A stretch of 64,000 bases of DNA from Nemertoderma westbladi (Eukaryota; Animalia; Xenacoelomorpha): NCBI GenBank assembly GCA_032718475.1, contig JAUCBJ010009146.1, positions 5,576 through 69,575 of the forward strand. The letters are read 5' to 3'. Shown here piece by piece: positions 56,706-64,000 of this stretch. Positions within the stretch are counted from its first letter, which is position 1; every line of letters begins with the position of its first letter. Below the pieces are notes generated by a model that saw only the letters and a list, made by a program, of their open reading frames with translations, was not told the DNA's origin and made no database searches. A program made the position numbers and the translations under genes.

Positions 56706-57557
56706 AAAGAATATTTTGTTGTCCTTTTCATCACTCCTTCCCATTTGGTTTGTCCATCCATATCCAGACTCATCCCTTCTACTTTCCCATGCACAGTTTC
56801 CAATGCACAGATACCATACAATTTTATTTATTTATTTATTCATCCTGACTTTACGCCACCGGCGGCTATATTAAGTAAAAGGTCAATTGACAATATAATA
56901 GTAAAAAATGTAAAATACATAAAGCCTATAAAATCAGCATCTCAATCTGAGCAATATAATTAATTATTTGTGACTAATACTATCACTATATAGGAATAAA
57001 AGGATCGTAATCAATCATTACACCAGGTACAACAGCAACAGTAGGTGAACAATAGAGTATAAAAAACATAAGTAAATATATAAAGCCAGCACCCTTAACT
57101 AAGCAATATAATTATTTGTGACTAATACTCTCTCACGTTGGAAAATAGTAAGTTCTAGCTAATAAAATATTAATATTAATAAATCCAATTTAAATCAATC
57201 ATTACACCAAGTACAACAGCAACTAGCCATACGGAGTCTGATTTGTCTAGTTGTCTCCCCGTGTACTTCACAGTGCTAGAAACGTTTGTATTAATTTTTA
57301 CTGGTAATAATAAATAATGTCTTGTGATTAACTTACTCCCATGACTTGCTACTATTTATATGATTTATAATAATAATATTTTACGTTTATATTTATGCTG
57401 TGCACTTAATACTAAATTTATTAATTTGTAATCTCACCATTAATAAATAATACAGGTAACAAATAATCAAATTTGAACCAATTCAAAATGTTAATGATAA
57501 TCAAAGTATAGGGTACAGTTGATCTTATCTAAATCGAAAATAAGTTATAACGTAAAT

Positions 57558-58619
57558 TCACCAAACTTTAATCTTCATCTCTACTTTTTCCATCGGTACA
57601 TTGCTCTCAGGGTAGGTGAATGTGTTCCAATATGGCCCCTTTAGTTCTTCCGCCCCATAGAGGCCATTTAGGTTGGAGGCGGTGCAGAACCGATACCACC
57701 ACGCCCCTTCGCGTATGGAAGCGCAGTGTTCAGAAGAATCGTCATTGTCTTCATCCCATGTAGAAAACCGAGATCCATTAAGGTAGCCGTCACCTCCAAA
57801 ACTCCCATAAAGAATAGAATCCCCAGCTGTACCGCTGTACCCAGATATATACAGCCTGTAATCATCTTTAGAATCCCCAATGCGAAAGTTTTGGTACTCG
57901 GCGTATTTATGTTCACCTTTATACCAGAGATCTACCCTAAGGACTACCCCATCTTTACTAAGTTTATATATCCGATCTAAACCGAACCAGAAGTTCTTAT
58001 CTAAATCACCGAAACCGGAAGTGTAACCATGCGAACCATCCACACGTCGCTGTATTACAACCCAGGGGCCGCCAGGGTCGGTATTATCGCAACGAATAAA
58101 TCCATTCATTCCATCAGGGTGACTGACGACAACAGAGACGTTAACTGGGGTGTTTAGGCAAACTGACGCGGAGTGGAACTGAATTAATAATTCGTCGATC
58201 TTTCCTGTTAATTTGTCGTTTAATTCCGAATTATTCTTGGTCAACTTCAGAATTTCGCCCTTATAAAACTCATCCAACCCCCCAATGCGTTTATCCATCT
58301 TCCCAATACCTGCATCCAATTTCGTAATACTTTCTGCAACATTATTATTTTCAATCGACATTTTGGATTCCAGTTCTTTTATATTTTTCGTCGTTACAAC
58401 AAACAAGGTTATTATAATCACAACCAAAACAATAGTTACTACTGCACCTGCGACTACAACACCCCATCTTCTACCTGACTTTGTCTCTTTCAGATTTCCA
58501 ATTCCGCTGTCTGGTGATATAATTGGATTTACGTCAGCAGTGTCCGGTGTTTCTTCTTGTTCATTTTGCATTTTCGTCATATGAAATTTTGAATTGTCGG
58601 TATCGTTTTCATGCGCCAT
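57558..58619 (-). CDS. Type II transmembrane fibrinogen-related (FReD) protein, FIBCD1-like architecture, intronless, nested antisense in NCLN intron 2
   Basis: Cytoplasmic N-terminus, TM WGVVVAGAVVTIVLVVIIITLFVV, coiled coil, FBG motifs GGPWVVIQRRVDGS, GFGD..FWFGLD, YSGTAGDS, FSTWDEDND, GAWWY..C..SNLNG, EMKI. Confidence 0.88.
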   Translation of the reverse strand: MAHENDTDNSKFHMTKMQNEQEETPDTADVNPIISPDSGIGNLKETKSGRRWGVVVAGAVVTIVLVVIIITLFVVTTKNIKELESKMSIENNNVAESITKLDAGIGKMDKRIGGLDEFYKGEILKLTKNNSELNDKLTGKIDELLIQFHSASVCLNTPVNVSVVVSHPDGMNGFIRCDNTDPGGPWVVIQRRVDGSHGYTSGFGDLDKNFWFGLDRIYKLSKDGVVLRVDLWYKGEHKYAEYQNFRIGDSKDDYRLYISGYSGTAGDSILYGSFGGDGYLNGSRFSTWDEDNDDSSEHCASIREGAWWYRFCTASNLNGLYGAEELKGPYWNTFTYPESNVPMEKVEMKIKVW

Positions 58620-58749
58620 TAATTTTATGATGTTTTTGATAAGCGATTTGAGTTAAAATGATAAATAACTTCTTATGAATATTTTTTAAATGACCTGAAT
58701 GACCTGAAACCATGAAATGATTTAATGAAAAAATTCTGGGTTGGAGCAA

Positions 58750-58992
58750 AGCAAAAAAAAGCAAAGCAAACAGTCGGCCGAAGCCGGAGGCGACCCGAAG
58801 GCTCCTCTTTCGATAGCTGCTACCCGAGGGTAGGGGTGGGCGCTACTCCTATCCCAAGATTTGCTCCCAGTTATTTAACTGGTACTCATTTTATCGACCC
58901 CAGTGGATGAAAGGCTGAGTGGACCCTGGCGGGGCTGAACCTACAACCATTAGATTGCAGGCCCGGCGCTCAACCAACTGAGCTACCCCTCC
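58750..58992 (-). mobile_element. tRNA-derived SINE with a Meta-domain-like core
   Basis: Head GGAGGGGTAGCTCAGTTGGTTGAGCG (A box) ... GGTTCAGCCCC; core ACTCAGCCTTTCATCC..GGTCGATAAAATGAGTACC; (TTTGC)n tail; 12-bp TSD GGGTTGGAGCAA (58738-58749, 58993-59004). Confidence 0.88.
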
Positions 58993-59132
58993 GGGTTGGA
59001 GCAAGTTGAATATTATTATTAATCAATTTCAAATATAAATATATTTCGGTAGATAAATGTTGTACAAGGACTAGTAAGCTAGCTGTGAGCATGTAACTAA
59101 TCAAGTTATCAATAATGAATAATGTATATGAG

Positions 59133-60875
59133 TTTCGGTAGCTCAGGGCTATCATTATCAATAAAGTACAAATTCTAATATAAATTGCAGAATTGACTAC
59201 TGTAAAGTACGACTTGATATCTGTTGAAAATTGCACAAAAAGCAGATAAATTTTTGTAACCAAAAAAAAAACATATGCTACTATATGCGCTACATTTACA
59301 TCTTACATAACCCCCCCCCCCCCCCCCCCCCCCATTTTTTTTATTGATTGAAGGATACCCGCTTAAACCCCGAAAACTTTGCTAGAGTTGCTGCACTCAG
59401 GTAGCCTACCTCTCCTGACTGCCAGAGGGCTTAAGGCCACTGACTTAGCTGACCACCATGTGCAGACAGGCCATGTACCGAGGTTTGACCTCATGCAAGA
59501 CATAGACAGGGAAACGCATAGGGACCGTAGGTGCATACTGAATAGCTTATATTAAGGCTTTAGCAGGTGACAGGGCCCTTAACAAGCGGCAGTCAGGAGA
59601 GGTAGGCTACCTGAGTGCAGCAGCGACACAGAACCATGTGAAGTGTTATGGGGCGTCCTCCAGGGAGACACACTTGCACCATTCTTGTCCATAATTGTTG
59701 TTGACTATGTTCTACGCATGTCCTTAGATCATCATAATGATGATGGGGTGATGATAACTCCACCTACTGGCTCCAGAAGTCGAGGAAATCCTGCCAAGTA
59801 CCTAACTGATCTAGACTTTGCTGATGACTTAGGAGTACTCTCAGAATCTCTAGAGGGAGCTCAACGGCTCCTCAGCTCATTGGTCTTTTTATTAACTCCA
59901 GAAAGACCAAAATTTTGTCAGTTAACTTTGAAAGTCCTCAGCAAGTCTCTGATCGGATGAGCATAAGCTCAAAAGATGGTATGCTTGAGCATGTGGATGA
60001 CTTCTGTTACCTGGGATCATGGATCCGGAAGTCAGGTGAGGACTTTCGAATACGTAAGGGAAAGGCATGGGCAGCCTTGAATAGGCTTTCCAGGATTTGG
60101 AAGTCACCGAGAATTAATCGGAAACTTAAGGTCCGTTTATTTAGAGCAGCAGTAGTTCCAGTACTCCTCTATGGGAGTCCATGCTGGGCTCTAACTGCTG
60201 AGGACACCAAATCTCTGGATGGCACATTCACAAGAATGCTACGCCGTGTTCATTGTGTCAAGTACAATGCACACATCTCCAACGAGGCACTATATAACAT
60301 TGGAGGTGTCTCATTGGTTCCGCCAAGCTTGACACTAGAACAAAATCGCCTCCGCTTTGCAGGACATTGCTTTCGCCGTGAGGACCAGCCAGAGCATAAT
60401 CTTGTACTTTGGCAGCCTCATGGAGTGAATAAGCATGGTGGACAGCCCATGACTTTCTTGAGACGCATCTTAAAGGACACACGATAAAAGAACTTGAAGA
60501 TGCGGATGATCTAGCAAATGTCATGGGTGATAGGGAGTTGTGGCGGTGCAATTTTGTCGATAAGCCGGCACAGCATTCTTAAAAATGCAGCTGCAATGCA
60601 GCATGCCGATCCTAGTAGTAGTAGTAGTAGCAACTCTAGCAAAGTTTTCGGGGAAGCGAGTGTCCTTCAATCAATAAAAAAATGGGGGGGGGGGGGGGTG
60701 GGGTGTATGTAAGATGTATGTGTTGTGTAGCGTATATAGTAGCATATGTTTTTTGGTTACAAAACTTTATTCTGTTCTATTGTGCAATTTTCAAGTCGTA
60801 CTTTACAGTAGTCAATTCTGCAATTTATATTAGAATCAGTACTTTATTGATAATGATAGCGCTGAGCTACCGAAA
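59133..60875. mobile_element. Foldback-type MITE with ~290-bp TIRs; right TIR split by an RTE insertion
   Basis: 59133-59423 is the imperfect reverse complement of 59588-59622 + 60629-60875; symmetry may extend to ~59026/60895. Confidence 0.8.
59623..60628 (+). mobile_element. 5'-truncated RTE-clade LINE with (TAG)n tail
   Basis: GVLQGDTLAPFL, LDFADDL, FCYLGS, LLYGSPCW, RLRFAGHCFR; ends CCTAGTAGTAGTAGT; AGCA on both flanks. Confidence 0.92.
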
Positions 60876-61889
60876 TATCAAATATATTTGAAATTTTCAA
60901 TTCCAATTTTCTTTATTTTTGGCTCATTCGAAAGGCCATTTTTTTAATTAATGATAAATGTATTGAATATATAATATGAATATATATTTAATAGTACACG
61001 GTTGGTTTTAATATACATTAATCTTGGTTTGCGACTTTATTAATACTACATTATCATTATCTACGTTACATTATAATGTCAATAGCGTTACTGAGGTGTG
61101 GTTGGAGAGATAACGAATACAAAGAGATAATGTTTATCATTATTCGCTAATAATTGTTCAACCAATTTATATAAGGTTTCTTATCTGCACTTCGCAATTA
61201 AATAACATATTCCAAAAACAGATTGAACAAACAGCTATGCAGTCAGTGCAGAGGTTCAAAGTGCGCAGTGAGAGAGAGTGATATTTACCAGATCCTGTTT
61301 CTGCATGAGCGTTTTAGTTTGCAATCTGAGCGTTGAATATGGGCATTGGAGCAGAAGAACACCACATGGGAGTTAATTTTTTGAATGAATAAGAAAAACT
61401 ACCACTGAATAAAAACGAAATCGCAATATTCCATTATTTATGGCGGCAGGTAGAACAAGTACTGGAGAAATATTCGCCCTTAAAATGAGGGCCCATGTGA
61501 AGAATACACAGGTTTCAGAAGGGCTGAATCTAACCAAAACAATAAACGAATTAGTATATGTACAGGTTATAAGACCGAAATAAAAGCACTATGAACCACT
61601 TAATAAAGATAAATTAAAAAAAAATAAAAAATCTTCATATATAAAATTACAATAAAAAGTCGACCGAAAAGTGAAATCCTGGTATTCTTCACATGGGCGA
61701 AAATGAGCATCTCTATCACCCGGCGGAAACCTTCGCCCGAAACAACCTTCGCCCACTAAACAACTATTGTTTTGGTTAAAAAAAGGCGTCTCTGTAACCT
61801 CTCTGTTTCCCTCAATTGGTAACTAAAATTGTTGTTTCTTAAAACAGTCAATTATTGTCAATAAATTATATATTATAACGACACGATCC

Positions 61890-62110
61890 CCACTTGGTGT
61901 AGTGGTTGGTTGCATCGATTTAGATCTCCTGGAGGTCGTGGGTTCGATCCCTGCATGTGGCGATGAGTAGTTTTCGACACGAATGCTTTACAGGGACCAG
62001 CCAGGGCACATCTCTGACTTGCATCCTTAAATAAAATAAGTTTCCATGGTAACGTGTAGAAAATTAAAGATTCTAAGATCCTTAGAGACCCGACAGGCTA
62101 TAGCAAAAAG
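61890..62110 (+). mobile_element. Degenerate tRNA-derived SINE (3' end uncertain)
   Basis: A box TGGTGTAGTGG and B box GGTTCGATCC at tRNA-like spacing; no clean cloverleaf. Confidence 0.55.
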
Positions 62111-62843
62111 TGATACTCATCCTCTATAAACTGAAAACATATGACAACATTTTATTTTATTTTCTGTGAAAGGAGCTATCAGCTGGGTAAAATGAATATT
62201 TGCCTTTGGTCAGAGAGAGAGATTCCACTCTGTATTCCCTCTATCTAGCACCACTCTAATAAGGCCTATAGGATGCACTGGGAAGAGTTATTCAGCTGAG
62301 GTTATAATAGATTACAAACTAAACCAACCAGTTAATGTTTGCTTTGCCAGAGAGTGGTAGGGCCTAAACAAACAGTATTGGTGAACTAAGTACAGAAATA
62401 TTAACAACCTCATCGATTTGTATTAAATAAGCCTGTATAGAAATCCATTACATAGCCATTTTTCATCGTGAACAACAGTTGTTATTGGTGTTATATTACC
62501 ATTGCGTCTATGGCACTTTTCGTTTATGTCTATTTTCGGACGAAAAATTTTTTTGTGGGCGGAGTAGCCAATCATGCCAGGGACCTTAGAATCTGGCCAG
62601 CCAGCCGCTGTGAAAATTTCATCAAAATCGTTAGAGCGGTTTTGTCTGTAGATCAGTCACTCAGCCAGCCAGCCTGCCAATCTCGAGCAATTTTTACAGT
62701 AATGAACCTCTCGGTTCCTGACAACATATTTGTTACAAAGTCAGAAAAAAATTGTTAAATTAATTTTGTAAAAGAAATAGTTATCGTATTTAATTTTTAA
62801 TTTACTTTTATCTTAATATTTTTATACTATTTTTGTTTTCTAG

Positions 62844-63665
62844 GGAGACAAACTATTTCTCGAAGAACAACTCGACAATTCCAACATTGACAACCCACTA
62901 CTCAGTAATGTGGCCGTTGTTGTCTGTTTGGATGGGTTCGGTGTTGAAACTGAATCTGATAACAGAATCCGACTCCACGTCTCTAAGCCGCCTCGGAATG
63001 GAACGGATTCCGAGCGGCTGGTCGCCGCATGGGGGCGCAATGGTCTCCTCGTGTCAAAGAAGATCAATCTAGCTGATGAAGTCTTGTCATGGCAACACGA
63101 ACGCTACAGTATCAAACGACTCCCGGCGCTCACCTTGAGTGGTTATGCCGGTCCATCGAGGGACCCTTGGGCCCGGTCTCTGGTCCCCCGGACTGTCGAC
63201 ATCGGGTTGCTAGGCGACCGCACCACTCGCCTGGTCGACTCTCTAGGGGAACTGCTGTACTCCAACACGGACGCAGCCCGAGTGTTTCAGGGTCAGCTCT
63301 CCGTGTGTCGGGACTCTCTCGCCTCCTGGGTTGACTACCTCAGCGGCGTCCCCGGCAACCAGGCATTGCTAGGCAACCCCAACCAAGCGCTCCCGGCCCT
63401 TCTAGAGGCCCACATGCGGCAGTACCTGGGCGCCAGTCTGTCTCGAGTCTCGGTTAAACCCGATCGAAGGGATCCCGACTTCATGTTCTACGACGTTATG
63501 ACAACCAAGATAACCGCCTACGGGGTTAAACCCGCGATTTTCGACTTGGTAGTTGCCATAGCGGCAGCGCTGTACTTGGGGGTCCTTTATCTCTGTGTGT
63601 GGAAGTTTGATTGGTTGACTTCATGGGCCTGGTCATGCAGTCGCACAATCAAGAGAATCACCTAG
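62844..63665 (+). CDS. NCLN: Nicalin, exon 3 (spliced product 562 aa)
   Basis: TTTTCTAG|GGA acceptor phase 0; LHVSKPP, KKINLAD..WQHERYSIKRLPALTLS, DRRDPDFMFYD, VKPAIFDL and C-terminal TM helix. Confidence 0.94.
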   Translation, partial: GDKLFLEEQLDNSNIDNPLLSNVAVVVCLDGFGVETESDNRIRLHVSKPPRNGTDSERLVAAWGRNGLLVSKKINLADEVLSWQHERYSIKRLPALTLSGYAGPSRDPWARSLVPRTVDIGLLGDRTTRLVDSLGELLYSNTDAARVFQGQLSVCRDSLASWVDYLSGVPGNQALLGNPNQALPALLEAHMRQYLGASLSRVSVKPDRRDPDFMFYDVMTTKITAYGVKPAIFDLVVAIAAALYLGVLYLCVWKFDWLTSWAWSCSRTIKRIT

Positions 63666-63910
63666 ATAAACCCGCACCGCATTAATTTAACTCTGTCATT
63701 GAATTTTGCACCGATATTTTGTCCGTTTTATGTTTATTGTCTATTTGATTTGTTATCCTTTGATGTGATTAAATAATTATTCGCTTACAAACAATTAATT
63801 AGAAAGTTTTTTCCCTTTCAGACAATCGTAGATTACGAATGGGAGAATCTTTTAGACTCGTTAGCCAGGGAATGTCAGAATTCCAGATTCCCAGGCAGAA
63901 TGCCAGGGAA

Positions 63911-64000
63911 TTCACCACCATGGGTGATCTTCCACAGTAAACCCTTCCACTCTGGTTCCTAAAGGAATGCCTGTTCACCACCATGGGTGATCTTCCACAG
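63911..64000 (+). repeat. 63-bp tandem repeat (runs off the window), same unit as in the left array
   Basis: TTCACCACCATGGGTGATCTTCCACAGTAAACCCTTCCACTCTG at 63911 and 63974; dimers at ~1160-1272, ~6061-6173, ~8509-8621. Confidence 0.9.

Noticed and set aside
58928-58992. tRNA gene (TGC anticodon-like)
   Set aside because: Degenerate B box and stems, followed by SINE core, tail and 12-bp TSD; it is a SINE head.

Overview
AT-rich animal (probably invertebrate) nuclear DNA, dense in repeats, with one 100-N gap (9657-9756). Host genes are intron-poor: a CCDC150-like coiled-coil gene (2 exons), intronless LMAN1/ERGIC-53, nicalin (NCLN, 3 exons) and an intronless type II membrane fibrinogen-domain gene nested antisense in NCLN intron 2. 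The rest is a ~2.45-kb-unit tandem array, three mini/microsatellites, three Crack/L2-group LINEs, RTE/CR1/CRE fragments, SINEs and many MITEs. Main leads: (1) a ~10.3-kb hATm-like DNA transposon next to the NCLN start whose decayed transposase carries two ING-type PHD fingers inside the catalytic domain; (2) two divergent LINEs whose ORF1 and ORF2 are in frame and separated only by UGA-CUA, suggesting stop-codon readthrough; (3) a double palindrome matching a hairpin-mediated hAT excision footprint; (4) a covarying 3' RNA stem-loop shared by all three LINEs. All assignments are by eye and from recalled family motifs; no searches were run.
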